Assembly (NCBI GenBank): GCA_963823665.1 | Contig: CAWGMQ010000011.1 | Span: 992,001-1,056,000 of the forward strand | From: an uncultured Planctomycetota bacterium | GTDB lineage: Bacteria > Planctomycetota > Planctomycetia > Isosphaerales > Isosphaeraceae | Length of the DNA stretch: 64,000 nt | Direction: 5' to 3' | Shown: positions 1-11,146 of the stretch, piece after piece | How positions within the stretch are numbered: the stretch's first letter is position 1 | Layout: every line of letters begins with the position of its first letter | Notes under the pieces: model-generated | What the model was told of the DNA's origin: nothing | What the model saw: only the letters and a program-made list of their open reading frames with translations | The model's database searches: none | Position numbers and translations under genes: made by a program

Positions 1-1
1 C

Positions 2-406
2 GGTCGTTCGCGCGATGAGCTCCTCGCCTGGCTTCGCAAGATCCTCGAGAACAACCTGGCGGTCTTCAGGCGGCGCTATCGTGGGACGCGGAAGCGCCGG
101 GTGTCGCTCGAGGTATCGTTCGACGCGGATGCGCGGGGAGCGCCGGGGCCGGAGTGGGCCTCCGATTCGGCATCGCCGAGCACGGCTGCTGCGAAGCGAG
201 AGCAGGCCGCGGCGCTTCAATCCGCGCTCTCACGCATTCCGGAGGATTATCGCCGGGTGATCGTCTGGTACCAGTATGATCAGCGCACGTTCGAGGAAAT
301 CGGGCGCCGGCTGGACCGGTCTCCGGAGGCTGCACGGAAGATCTGGTCGCGAGCACTCCTTCGCCTCACGCAGGAGCTAGGGCCGACGCATGACCCCGGA
401 GCATGA
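2..406 (+). CDS. ECF-type sigma-70 factor, planctomycete type (5' truncated by window edge)
   Basis: Frame open from base 2: ELLAWLRKILENNL...SPSTAAAKREQAAALQSALSRIPEDYRRVIVW...TFEEIGRRLDRSPEAARKIWSRAL (end of region 2, region 4 HTH); overlaps the kinase start. Confidence 0.88.
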   Translation, partial: GRSRDELLAWLRKILENNLAVFRRRYRGTRKRRVSLEVSFDADARGAPGPEWASDSASPSTAAAKREQAAALQSALSRIPEDYRRVIVWYQYDQRTFEEIGRRLDRSPEAARKIWSRALLRLTQELGPTHDPGA

Positions 407-3400
407 CTACGAGCTCAGCGACCTATCTCGAGTCCGGGCGATGCTCGCGTTCGATCGGGCGCTTGTCATCGGTGGCATTCCGCCGGCAACGGGCGATGAA
501 AACCCGTCGCTTGAAGCGATTTACAACTGCCAGCGGCTGCTCGAAGAGGTGTGGCCGCGGTCGATTCCCACGCCGGCGGAGCCTCCGAGGCAGTTCGGCC
601 GCTATATGATATTGCGCGAGCTCGGCCGGGGAGCCTTCGGCGTGGTCTTCCTGGCCTCGGATTCGGTGCTGGGACGCAAGGTTGCGCTCAAGGTGCCGCG
701 CCCTCTTGCACTCGTCACGCCGGAAGTTCGGCGGCGGTTTGTGCGCGAAGCGGAAGCGGCGTCGCGGCTTGACCACCCGCATATCGTGCCCGTTTACGAC
801 GTGGGCGAGGAAGGCCCGATCTGCTACATCGCCTCGGCCTATTGCGAAGGACCGAACCTGGCGGACTGGCTACGCGGGCGGTCGGCGCCGGTTCCATTCC
901 TCGAGGCGGCCCGCCTGGTGGCCATCCTGAGCGCGGCCGTCGGCCATGCGCACGAGCGTGGCATTCTGCACCGTGATCTCAAGCCGAGCAACATCCTGCT
1001 TCGGCCGCCTGAACCCGCCGCGTCCGGAAATGACGATGTGAGTTCTGGTCTGGGTTTCGTTCCCCGCATTTGCGACTTCGGGCTGGCGAAGCTGCTTGAT
1101 CAGGACTCACACGAAACTTGCAGCGGCGTACCGATCGGGTCACCGAGCTACATGGCACCCGAGCAGGCCACCGGGCGGCTGCGCGACCATGGACCGGCGA
1201 CCGATGTTTACGCCCTGGGAGCGATCCTGTACGAGCTGCTCACCGGCAGGCCGCCCTTGAGAGGCGAGACCGATCTGGAGACACTGCGGCTGGCCTCGGA
1301 TCAGGACCCACTTCCTCCGCGCGGCTTGCGCAAGGGGATCCCGCGCGATCTCGACACGATCTGCCTGAAGTGTCTCGAGAAGCAGCCGAAGGCCCGGTAC
1401 GACAGCGCGGCGGGATTGGCGGAAGACCTCGAGCGGTTCCTCGCGGGCAAGGCGGTGCATGCGAGGCCGGTACGGGTGTGGCAGCGTGCGGGCAAATGGG
1501 CCAGACGACGGCCGGTGCATGCCGCGCTTCTGGGCGTGAGCGTGATGGCGGTCTCGATCATCCTCGGCGTCGCGCTTTGGTCCGGCACGTGGATGCAGAA
1601 ACACCGACAGAACCTCACGAACGCTGTGGCCCAGACGGAACGCGACGTGCAGCACGCCGAGCGATCGGCGCACGGCGCACGCATTGAGCTCGCGCTGGCC
1701 GAGGAGCGAGAGCGATTCGCCGAGCGCTATGGGCCGGCGACACAGATCAAGATCGTGTACGACACATTCGCCGCCGGCGATGTGGTGCTGGCCGCGAGGA
1801 TGCTCGAGTCATTCGGGCCGCCTCACGGCCGTGTCGAGCGCCGCGGTTTTGCCTGGGGGCATCTCCGCCAGCTCATCGAGCCCAGGTTGACCCGCCTTGG
1901 CGACCCTCATCAACCCGCGATTGCGACCGTGAGGATTGTGATCACGCGCGACAGCCGGGTGGTCGCCGCGGGCAGGGCAGATGGCCGCATCGAGCTCTGG
2001 GACCTGAACGACATGCGACTGCTGCGGACCCACGTCAATCAGCCGCCCGGACCAGGCGCCGAGGTTTACTTCCTGGCGCTTTCGCGCGACGACCGATTCC
2101 TGGCGACCGGTAGCTCGAACAATCTTGTGAAGATATGGGATTTGGGCACGGGGGCGCTCGTCGGCGAGCTTCCCAAGCCGCCCAGGGAACTGGCGGCTGA
2201 GCTCGGCGAGATCTTCACAATGAGCTTCACGGACGGTTCCGACTTCCTGGTAACCTTCTATACGGGCATGAGGGAAAGGACGACTTTCGTCGTGTTCTGG
2301 AGATTGCCTGAGCGCGGCGGCCAGGCCGAAATCGCGGCGGTATTGAATCAGGACGAGGTGCCGCAGTACGGTAAGCGGGCACCGTTTCAAAGTCCGGCGC
2401 CAAAGCGCGACGGCGTCAAATCTCCGCCGTGGATCTCATACGCGGAAGAGCATGTGGTCATGCTCGATAACGGCTCGTCGGTGGCGATCAAGGAAGAATC
2501 AACCGGCGTGACGTTCTATAGCAACCACGTTCGAATCGCGCGGGTTTACGGGCCACTGGGTGTGCCGGTACTCACGCAACGCGGGTTCAATGGCCTGACC
2601 AAGGACGAGATCGCGTGGTGGAGCGAGCGCGCATTCGGCCTGTGCGGAACGACAACGAACGGCGATCGTCGCATTCTCGAACCTTGCGGTGTTCCCGACT
2701 TTTCCCCAGACGGCCGCACGCTCGCCTTTTTCCACTGGCCGCTGGGCACGATCTTGAAGGATGTAGAAACGGGCCGGATCGTCTGTGCCGATTCCGCCAG
2801 ACCCAACTGGCGTGTCGCCGATCAAGCTCACACGCCCGACGGACGGCTTCTGGTGATGGGTGGCTTTCACCCGCAAATCCACGTTTGGCACCTCGAGCCG
2901 CGCGAGATCATCGCGCACGAGAAAGAGGTCTGGTCGCTCGCTTTCGCCCCCGACGGATCGAGCCTCGCCTCCGGCGCGGATGACCACACCGTGAGGCTCT
3001 GGAACACGGCCAACGCCCGCGAACGCACCGTTTTGAAGGGACACCAGTCGCTGGTGTCGGCGGTGGCGTATTCGCCGGATGGCAAACGGATCGCTTCCGG
3101 CAGCTTCGACAGCACGATTCGCCTCTGGGACGCAGGCTCACGAGATCAACCGGCCACGCTTCATGGACATGACGGTCGCGTGCGAACGTTGACGTTCTCT
3201 CCCGATGGGGCCACTCTGGCATCGGCGGGCGAAGATCTCGGTATCCGGCTGTGGGACGTGAACGCCAGCCGCGAGCTGTCGCCGCCGCTGGCGGGCCATA
3301 CCAGCTCGGTGTTCTCGCTGGTTTTTGCTCCAGACGGCAAGACGCTTTACTCAGGCTCGACGGACGAAACCATCCGCCTTTGGGATCGCGGAGCGACTGA

Positions 3401-3794
3401 GGCTCGCGCGGTCTGGCAGGCAGACGATCAGGTCTACTCGTTGGCAGTTTCGTCGGACGGCAAATCGCTCGCAGCAGCGCACCGGGGCGGAACCGTGTCG
3501 CTCTGGGATGTCAGCGGGGCAAAAGTCCGCGCGCGCTGGCGGGCGCATGCCAGCGAAGTTCTTAGCGTCACGTTCAGCCCCGACGGGCTGACGCTGGCTT
3601 CCACCGGCAACGACAAGATGGTTCGCATCTGGGATCCGGTCACGACCCAACCGCTCCTGATGCTTCGCGGGCACGAAGCGCCCGTTCATGCCGCGACGTT
3701 TTCACGTGATGGGACCATTCTCGCGACGGGCAGCCACGACGGCAGAATCAAGCTATGGCGGGCGCTGCCGGACGAGCAGCCCAAACCCAACTGA
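390..3794 (+). CDS. Ser/Thr protein kinase with C-terminal WD40 repeats
   Basis: LGRGAFGVV, VALK, HRDLKPSN, DFG, YMAPE motifs; hydrophobic segment; many GH...WD repeats. Confidence 0.95.
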   Translation: MTPEHDYELSDLSRVRAMLAFDRALVIGGIPPATGDENPSLEAIYNCQRLLEEVWPRSIPTPAEPPRQFGRYMILRELGRGAFGVVFLASDSVLGRKVALKVPRPLALVTPEVRRRFVREAEAASRLDHPHIVPVYDVGEEGPICYIASAYCEGPNLADWLRGRSAPVPFLEAARLVAILSAAVGHAHERGILHRDLKPSNILLRPPEPAASGNDDVSSGLGFVPRICDFGLAKLLDQDSHETCSGVPIGSPSYMAPEQATGRLRDHGPATDVYALGAILYELLTGRPPLRGETDLETLRLASDQDPLPPRGLRKGIPRDLDTICLKCLEKQPKARYDSAAGLAEDLERFLAGKAVHARPVRVWQRAGKWARRRPVHAALLGVSVMAVSIILGVALWSGTWMQKHRQNLTNAVAQTERDVQHAERSAHGARIELALAEERERFAERYGPATQIKIVYDTFAAGDVVLAARMLESFGPPHGRVERRGFAWGHLRQLIEPRLTRLGDPHQPAIATVRIVITRDSRVVAAGRADGRIELWDLNDMRLLRTHVNQPPGPGAEVYFLALSRDDRFLATGSSNNLVKIWDLGTGALVGELPKPPRELAAELGEIFTMSFTDGSDFLVTFYTGMRERTTFVVFWRLPERGGQAEIAAVLNQDEVPQYGKRAPFQSPAPKRDGVKSPPWISYAEEHVVMLDNGSSVAIKEESTGVTFYSNHVRIARVYGPLGVPVLTQRGFNGLTKDEIAWWSERAFGLCGTTTNGDRRILEPCGVPDFSPDGRTLAFFHWPLGTILKDVETGRIVCADSARPNWRVADQAHTPDGRLLVMGGFHPQIHVWHLEPREIIAHEKEVWSLAFAPDGSSLASGADDHTVRLWNTANARERTVLKGHQSLVSAVAYSPDGKRIASGSFDSTIRLWDAGSRDQPATLHGHDGRVRTLTFSPDGATLASAGEDLGIRLWDVNASRELSPPLAGHTSSVFSLVFAPDGKTLYSGSTDETIRLWDRGATEARAVWQADDQVYSLAVSSDGKSLAAAHRGGTVSLWDVSGAKVRARWRAHASEVLSVTFSPDGLTLASTGNDKMVRIWDPVTTQPLLMLRGHEAPVHAATFSRDGTILATGSHDGRIKLWRALPDEQPKPN

Positions 3795-4088
3795 AACCGC
3801 CTGTCGCGCAGTAAAAAACAGAAATCTTTGCGAGAATCGACGGCATTAAGGCCAATCGCCTCAAGGAGTTGAATTCGCCGGCCGCGCTCGTTGTAAAAAC
3901 GAGCGTCCGGAGACGGCCGGATTCGATCTTAAGTTGGTGGGTATGACGGTGGCGGCGATGCCCAGGTCACGGTGGTGGAATGGATGCCACTGCCTCGATG
4001 ACGAGGGATCCTTTGCCTTCTTGGGTCTACTGCGCGCGGTTCCTGCGATGGTAGGATGTCGCAAGAACTCGCTCATGGAGGCCCGATC

Positions 4089-5615
4089 ATGGTCAAAACG
4101 CACTCGCATTCTTCTGCGGAACAGCACGTACCATTTCTGATCGAAGGGCACTGGCTCACTAGCCGGTCCGGCCGATCGGGCCCGGTGTACAACCCGTCGA
4201 CCGGAAAGGTGATCGCGACGGTTCCGTTCTGTACGGCCGAGGAAGTCGATCGGGCGGTGCAGACGGCGGCCGCGGCATTCCCGGCGTGGGCCGAGACGCC
4301 GATCGTCGAGCGGGCGCGGGTGATGTTCCGGTTTCGCGAAAGGCTCTCCGATTGCGCCGAGGAGCTGGCCTCACTCGTCACGCGCGAGCACGGCAAGACG
4401 CTCGCCGAGGCTCGAGCTTCAGTTCAGCGCGGGATCGAGATGGTCGAATTCGCCTGCGGAATTCCCAGCCTCTTCATGGGCCAAGCGATCGCCAACATCG
4501 CCCGTCAGGTTGATTGCGAGACCATTCGCCACGCGCTGGGCGTGTGCGTGGGAATCACGCCCTTCAACTTCCCGGTAATGGTGCCGCTCTGGATGTTTCC
4601 GGTGGCGATCACGTGCGGAAACACATTCGTACTCAAACCGTCCGAGAAGGTGCCGCTTTCGGCGGTGCGGCTGGGTGAGCTCTTGATCGAATCAGGCCTG
4701 CCCGAGGGGGTCTTCAGCATCGTACACGGTGACGGCGAGGCTGCCGGGGCGTTGCTTTCGCACCCGCTGGTGCGAGCCATTTCGTTCGTCGGTTCGACGG
4801 TCGTCGCCCGCTCGATCTATGAAACCGGCACGCGGCACGGCAAGCGAGTGCAGGCAGCCGGCGGTGCCAAGAATCACTTGATCATCATGCCCGACGCCGA
4901 TATCGACCAGGCGGTTGGTGCGATCAAGCTCTCGGCGTTCGGCTGCGCTGGCGAGCGCTGCATGGCCGGCAGCATCGCCGTCGCCGTGGGGCATGTGGGT
5001 GAGCCGCTGGTCGAGAAGCTCTGCGCCAGCGCGCAGGCGATGGCGGTCGGGCCCACGGATGGCTGCGAGTCCGTCGACATGGGCCCGGTCATCACCCCGG
5101 AGCACCTTGACCGCGTGAGTGGTTACCTTGATATCGGCCGCGCAGAAGGCGCGGAGATCGCGCTCGACGGCCGCACTCATCCCGCTGCCGGGAAGGGATT
5201 CGTCCTCGGCCCGAGCGTGCTCGATCACGTCCGGGCAACAATGCGGGTGGCGCGCGAGGAGATCTTCGGGCCCGTGCTGTCGGTCGTGCGCGCGGGTGAT
5301 CTCGATGAAGCGCTCGCAATTGGCCGCGAGTGCCCGTACGGCAACGGCGCGTCCATATTCACGCGAAGCGGCTGGGCGGCACGCCAGTTCAAGCAGTATT
5401 TCAACGCGGGAATGATCGGCATCAACGTCGGCGTGCCGGCGCCGATGGCGTGGTTTCCCTTCACGGGCTGGAACAGCTCGTTCTTCGGCGACCTGCACAT
5501 TCAGGGAACGGAGTCGGTGCAGTTCTACAGTCAGCAGAAGATGACGATGACGCGGTGGTTCGAAACGCGGTTTGACTCGCACCATGATCCGGTCTGGAAG
5601 ACGGGGAAGGGTTGA
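4089..5615 (+). CDS. mmsA: CoA-acylating methylmalonate/malonate-semialdehyde dehydrogenase
   Basis: ITPFNFP, LKPSEKVP, FVGST, GAKNH, FGCAGERCMA, EEIFGPV, GINVGVPAP; GGAGG before ATG 4089. Confidence 0.93.
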   Translation: MVKTHSHSSAEQHVPFLIEGHWLTSRSGRSGPVYNPSTGKVIATVPFCTAEEVDRAVQTAAAAFPAWAETPIVERARVMFRFRERLSDCAEELASLVTREHGKTLAEARASVQRGIEMVEFACGIPSLFMGQAIANIARQVDCETIRHALGVCVGITPFNFPVMVPLWMFPVAITCGNTFVLKPSEKVPLSAVRLGELLIESGLPEGVFSIVHGDGEAAGALLSHPLVRAISFVGSTVVARSIYETGTRHGKRVQAAGGAKNHLIIMPDADIDQAVGAIKLSAFGCAGERCMAGSIAVAVGHVGEPLVEKLCASAQAMAVGPTDGCESVDMGPVITPEHLDRVSGYLDIGRAEGAEIALDGRTHPAAGKGFVLGPSVLDHVRATMRVAREEIFGPVLSVVRAGDLDEALAIGRECPYGNGASIFTRSGWAARQFKQYFNAGMIGINVGVPAPMAWFPFTGWNSSFFGDLHIQGTESVQFYSQQKMTMTRWFETRFDSHHDPVWKTGKG

Positions 5616-5686
5616 AAGAATCGCCGAGATCGCCGGGTAGCTCAAGAACCTTGTGGTTGCGACGGCACGGACATTCTTGAGCGGTT

Positions 5687-8103
5687 CTATGTATTGGTCA
5701 GCATCGCCATGAGGTTCGGCATCCCCGCGCCCTGATGATTGCGGTCGCGCTCGAGATCATTGCAGTTCTTGAGCAAGATCTGTTTCACCTCATCCGGGCG
5801 GCCAATGAATTCGCGGCGGACGGATAGGAATGCGGCCAGCAAACCAGACACGTGGGGGCAGGCCATGCTGGTACCGCTTTCCCAACGATAGAGCTCCTCC
5901 TCGAATTTCATTCTGTTCCCAGATTTGGGGGGCGAGTAACGCCCGCTGGCACTGCAAGAAAAGATGCGTTCCCCCGGCGCGACGACGTCGGGCTTGGGGC
6001 GCCCGTCAGCCGTCGGGCCCCGCGACGAAAACCAGGAGACACCGTACAGGTGCGGCTTGTCGGCATTCACCGAGCCGACGGCAACACAGTCCTGGAGATT
6101 GGCGGGATCGCCGATGGAAAGCTGCGTATTCAAGTCAAAGCCACCGTCAGTGGTTGCGACTTTGATCTGACCTTCATTTCCAGCCGCAACACAAACGAGC
6201 GTCCCTTGCCGCCAAAGGTCGCGGAGCTCCTTGCAGATGGGTGAAAAACCGCAGCCGTAAACCGAGGCGTCGAATGGTCCGCCCAGGCTGAGATTCACTC
6301 CGTGGATCTTGATGCCAGAGACGACAGACTGGTTCTGGGCGAAGACATGGTCGATGGCCTTGATGATCCAGGCATCGTTGCCGAAGCCGTCGTCGTCCAG
6401 GACCTTGTAGACGACCAGTTCAGTCTTGGCCGCAATCGCGAGGATTTGCATGTGCTGCCCAAGAAACTCGCCGGCGATAATGCCGCACACGTGCGTGCCG
6501 TGACCGTCACGGTCTCCAGCTAACGCTCCGGCGCGATCTTATCACCGCGACGATACAGGATTTTCGGTTTATCGGAATGCTGCGTGCAATCCCATACCTC
6601 TTTGACCGTGTTATTGGTGAGGAAATGCGGGTGGTCCCAGCGAATTCCAGTGTCGAGCACTGCCCAGGTGATCCCTTCGCCCGTTGCCGCGTAGCTCGCT
6701 CGTCCTGCCTCGACTTTTAATGGACCGTGCGAACGTCTCAGCAGTTTTCGTTTGTTGGCGTTCCGCCAGACCGCGTAGATGTTCAAGTGCTGATGATATT
6801 CGGTCATCGCGTTGATCTCGTCAGGCGTCAGTCGCGCCGAGACGTATTTCCTTAACGCAACGGCCTCAACTTCCTTCAGGAGACCGGCCCGGGCTTCTAC
6901 CGTCGCTTTCCCTGGCAGTGAACGCTTGATGGCGATGTCTTCGACGCTGGCCTTAAGAATCTCGATGCGACCAACCAGTGTTTTCTCGTCGCCTTCCTGC
7001 TTGGACTCTCGCTTTGCAAGTTTCTCGGGCGATTCATCGACAGCCCAATACCCGGGCTCGAGCGCTTCGATCAATACGGGGACGCGGCGAGTTGGGTCGA
7101 CGAATTCCTGGGCAACGTCACGAGCCACCAGAAATCGACGGGTTGAGTCGAATTCGATCGGACGATACACAACGATACGAACGTCTGGATGGGACAGGTA
7201 GCCAAAGGAAGAATGTGGATCAAACTCTCGAAAGCTGACGGTGCGCTCATTGACGATCCATCGGTCGATGATGCGTCCGACTCCGCCAGGTGCCGGCGGC
7301 GGTTCGAAGTCGTTGCCAAGCTCGGCATCTAGCGCGACGGGATCAAGCCGATCCGCGAAGTTGTGCCACGCTCGTAATCGCCCTGGCACTCGCAACATGT
7401 TGCCGGCGTCCTCAAGTGCATCCTGAACTTCGCGAATGCCCAGCGGCGAACCCATGGTCACCAGCAGACTGCAGTTTGGGCGTTTGAACCGTTTGTCCGA
7501 CAGAACCTCGAACGCCACGACGGTCCCGAGGCTATGGGAAACGACGACGAGCGGTTCAGCGGCGTTCTCGGATTCAGTCGATTTCCTGGGTTGCGCAGCT
7601 TTCTTGATTTCGTCTCGAATTCGCGCCTGAATTCTCTGGCGAATGTCCGGTGAATAAAAATAGGCAGCGACATCTTTGAGGAACGCGCTCAGAAACAGCT
7701 TGGTGATCGGTCTCCGAGCGAAGCCGGGCAAGGGCAGAACCTTCGCACGTGGTCCGGCCCCGGTGGCCGAACGTCCGCCGACGCTGAGACCGGTGAACGA
7801 TTCCGCGATTCGCTCGAGGCGCGCGGCCGCATCCGAACGCTTCGCCTCGGGAACGGACGCATCGTCCAGAATCGCGTCCAGATCGATCTCGTCTGAGCTA
7901 TCTCCGCCTCCTGCCCGGTCGCCGAGCGATCGGGCTCGCACCGCCGCGGACGTGGGCCGGCCGTGCAATATGTCGGACCAGTACGCCATCGACGTCTGGC
8001 CTCTCATCGGCTTGCCGAACAACGCGTTATCCCACTCCAGCTTCAACTCGTCCTTCGGCGGATGCGATCCGATACCATGGATGTAAATGACCATCGTCGG
8101 CAC
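5687..8103 (-). CDS. Alpha/beta-hydrolase - S8 subtilase fusion (frameshift at ~6525)
   Basis: N-part: IHGIG, SHSLG, TMGSPLG, DRLDPV, PHSSFGYL. C-part: VLDTGI, DGHGTHVCGII, AAGNEG, SGTSMACPHVSG. The catalytic Asp and His of S8 lie on opposite sides of a 1-nt frame change. Confidence 0.85.
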
Positions 8104-8355
8104 TCTCGAAATGCTGATTTCTGTGGGTCGACTCCATTTAGCATATCACAATCCAAGCGACGTCGCGTCTCGCTTCGCTTTCTTCGGAGCGCCGTCGGGA
8201 ACATGGATGCGAGGCTTCAATACGCCCACTTCTTCACGTCACGCTGTAGTTCGCTAGACCGAAACGAGTTAAACCTGATGCCTTGACAGGGACGACGCGG
8301 AAGGGACACTAGGATGGGGAACAACTTGGTGGGGTCTACACGGAAGGAGAAGCTT

Positions 8356-8913
8356 ATGCGAATTCGCTTTGCGAAGTACGTGGCCGGAATGTTGGCCTGC
8401 GTCGCGGTCGTGGGGATGAGCCTTGCGGGTGATGCTGTGAAGTCCGGCTTGAAGCCGGGCGAGCCGGTGAATCCTTTCACCGTGGAGGATGTGACGGGGC
8501 CGAGTAAAGGCACGTCCCTGTGCTACCGCTGCCAGTATGGTTCCGCCGCCGTGGTCTGCGTGTTCGCGCGCAAGACCTCCGACTCATTGGCCAGCCTGGT
8601 CAAGCAGATTGACAAGAAGATCGCCGAGAACGGCGCGCTCAAGAGCTTTGTCGTCCTCATTCCCAAGAAGGACGAGAAGGTCAAAGACTCCCTGGAGAAG
8701 CTGGCGAAGGATTCCAGCATCAAAAACGTGCCGCTCACGATTGGCGAAGGTCCCAACGGTCCGCCCGATTACGAAATCTCCCAGGAAGGCGACGTCACCG
8801 TCCTCATGTGGAAAGACGGCAAAGTTCGGGTCAACCACGCGTATAAGGGCGAGTTGACCGACAAGGACGTCGAAGCCGTGGTGGCAGATATCCCCAAGGT
8901 CTTGGCGGACTGA
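8356..8913 (+). CDS. Secreted thioredoxin-like-fold hypothetical protein
   Basis: AAGGAG RBS, signal peptide, SGLKPGE...DVTGP...LCYRCQYG. Confidence 0.75.
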   Translation: MRIRFAKYVAGMLACVAVVGMSLAGDAVKSGLKPGEPVNPFTVEDVTGPSKGTSLCYRCQYGSAAVVCVFARKTSDSLASLVKQIDKKIAENGALKSFVVLIPKKDEKVKDSLEKLAKDSSIKNVPLTIGEGPNGPPDYEISQEGDVTVLMWKDGKVRVNHAYKGELTDKDVEAVVADIPKVLAD

Positions 8914-9052
8914 GCTATCTTTCCCGTGGTCAAATAAACGTCCGATGATTTCCAGTTGCGGACCCGACCAATCTTCGACACGACCTGGGCTTGTTGCCCG
9001 GGTCGTGTCGTTTGGAGATCGCGCGGGCAGCCATGACGTTCGAGAGCGCGAC

Positions 9053-9274
9053 ATGGGTGTCGAACTGCTTCTGCTCTATCTCATCCTCACGATCGTGCTT
9101 GGTCCCGGAACGATCGTGTGCGGATCTGTCATCGTCCTACGAGAAAAGGTCAGGTTGTCTCGCCGCATCTGTCTCGAGGGCGCCCTGGCCGTCGCGGCGG
9201 GCCTGGGCGTCATGTGTGGCGGATTTGCACTCACATATTTCTTTTGGTATATGGCGCGTTCTTTCCCTCACTAG
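9053..9274 (+). CDS. Small membrane protein (2 TM)
   Basis: Two hydrophobic helices; no family recognised. Confidence 0.5.
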   Translation: MGVELLLLYLILTIVLGPGTIVCGSVIVLREKVRLSRRICLEGALAVAAGLGVMCGGFALTYFFWYMARSFPH

Positions 9275-9942
9275 CTCGAGTGCGGTCCTGGGTGATGCGT
9301 CCCGCCAGGAACGAGGACGGCATGTCGGGCCATCCCGCTACTCACCGTAGCGGTCGCGTGTCTCGAGGCCGTAGACATGCATCTCTGCGCCGCCGCGGCT
9401 CGCCGCCGGCTCGGTGAAGGCGTGGGGGTACGCGCGGCCACGAGGAGATCGATCGTGCCGAGCGGTGGATGTCTGATCAGAGGATCAAGGATCCCGTGAA
9501 ACTCGCGTCCACAATCGTGACGTCCTGGAAGTGAGCGAGCTTAGCGGATCTCGGTCGGCCAGATTCGCCGCGCGAGCCTCTCGAGTAACCAGGCTCCGAG
9601 GTCGATCGGCAGGCGAGCGAACGGGCCAACAACCAGCACGGCGATGACCGCGAACTTCGGGTACAGGTCCGGGTTGATCATCATGTTGGAAATCACCTGG
9701 CTCATCGGTATGCTCCTCGTTGCAATTCCCAAGTTTCTCCACATCTCGACTGGTTATCTCCATTCCGGAGGTGAACGGACAAATTCTTTACCGGGCGATC
9801 CACCGCGAGGCATTTTCGCAGCATCGGCAGCTCGGTCCGAGGCAATCGAGCACTTCGTGTCCGGTCGACTCCGGGACGGCGATAGCTTCGTGGCTGGGCC
9901 GGGTGCCGGCCCGTTTGGAGGTCTCGTGATGGGAGCTTCCCC

Positions 9943-10947
9943 ATGCTCTGGTTGTACTTCGGCTTGATGATGTACGCGAAGTCGGATCAAGGAGCCGCGG
10001 AGGCGACCGACTTGATGAAACCGCCCTCCTGGACGGGAAACTACTGGGGGCCGGCTGCGACGAAAGCGAGGGCGGCGGGACAACTTCCCTCACCGCCCAC
10101 AAACATCGCCATGACGCGCTGGAACACCTGGGGCCGCAACGTGCTTCGGGATGGCGACATCGTATTCCGCCTGGGCGACGCCAGGACCATGCGGGGCATC
10201 TTCCCCGTGAGCCGGTTCATCGCCAGGGCAAGCGGGAGCGCCTTCTCGCACACAGGGATCGTTGCCATCGAGGAGGGATCGCCGGTGGTCTACGATTGCT
10301 CGTCAGACGGAGTTCAGCGCCAGCCGTTCGAGGTCTGGATGCTGGACTGCATCGGATCAGTCGGGGTCAAGCGGCTCAAGCCCGAGCACCGGCACCTGAT
10401 CCCGGGCGTGATCGGCTACTGCCGCTCGAAGTTTGACCAGCAGATTCCGTTCGACTTCGAGTTTCGCCTCGACGATTCTGCGTTCTACTGCGTCGAGCTG
10501 ACGGAGAAGGCGTTTCGGTCTCAGGGACTCGCGCTCTCCGAGCCGGTCCGGATTGGTGATTGGGAGCGGCTGGACAGCTTTCCGCTCACCGCACTGGCGG
10601 GCCCGTACGTCAGCGAGTTCATGCTGAAGCATCGCATCACGCTGGAGCAACCAGTCTACTTGCCTGGGAATGAGCGCCAGGGGGTATGGGCGTCGACGTT
10701 GCTCGAGACCGTCATCGGCCCGGAACCGAAGCCGGCACAGGAAGCAGCTCTCTCAGGAGACGGGCGCGTGAGCCTGCGGGGTGATGTTGAGCTGGCTTTA
10801 TTCGCACTCGGGACGCTGCGCCGCTCGTTTACGGATCTGACGGCCGCAGACGACATTCGCAACGGGCGAGGGGTTGCCGGAAGTGAAGAGCGGCCGGAAT
10901 CTGCCCCGATTGCCGACGGTGATCGGTTAGCCCGGCACGCTCGGTGA
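9943..10947 (+). CDS. Permuted papain-like NlpC/P60 amidase (YiiX/YebB-like)
   Basis: LRDGDIVFR, FSHTGIV (His) preceding FYCVELT (Cys); start codon uncertain. Confidence 0.82.
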   Translation: MLWLYFGLMMYAKSDQGAAEATDLMKPPSWTGNYWGPAATKARAAGQLPSPPTNIAMTRWNTWGRNVLRDGDIVFRLGDARTMRGIFPVSRFIARASGSAFSHTGIVAIEEGSPVVYDCSSDGVQRQPFEVWMLDCIGSVGVKRLKPEHRHLIPGVIGYCRSKFDQQIPFDFEFRLDDSAFYCVELTEKAFRSQGLALSEPVRIGDWERLDSFPLTALAGPYVSEFMLKHRITLEQPVYLPGNERQGVWASTLLETVIGPEPKPAQEAALSGDGRVSLRGDVELALFALGTLRRSFTDLTAADDIRNGRGVAGSEERPESAPIADGDRLARHAR

Positions 10948-11146
10948 AACCCCCGGCATACGAGTTGCTATCATCTCGTCACATGCTATGTTAAAACCAT
11001 TCAGACCGGCGTGATTTTCGCGAGCCCGAGCCGTTAGCTGAGTGCGGGTAGCGCAGGCTCGGTGATCGCCATTTATGGGATCTCGCTGTCCGCCACTGCG
11101 GCTTCTTCGTCCTGAATAACCCTTCGCATCGAGGTCACGTCGGTCC

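Noticed and set aside
6520..6522. Amber readthrough (pyrrolysine) joining the two ORFs of the hydrolase-S8 gene
   Set aside because: The downstream HGTH motif is in a different frame; this is an indel
11000..11140. Cobalamin riboswitch upstream of the B12 radical SAM gene
   Set aside because: Only GCCACTG is present; other conserved elements not found
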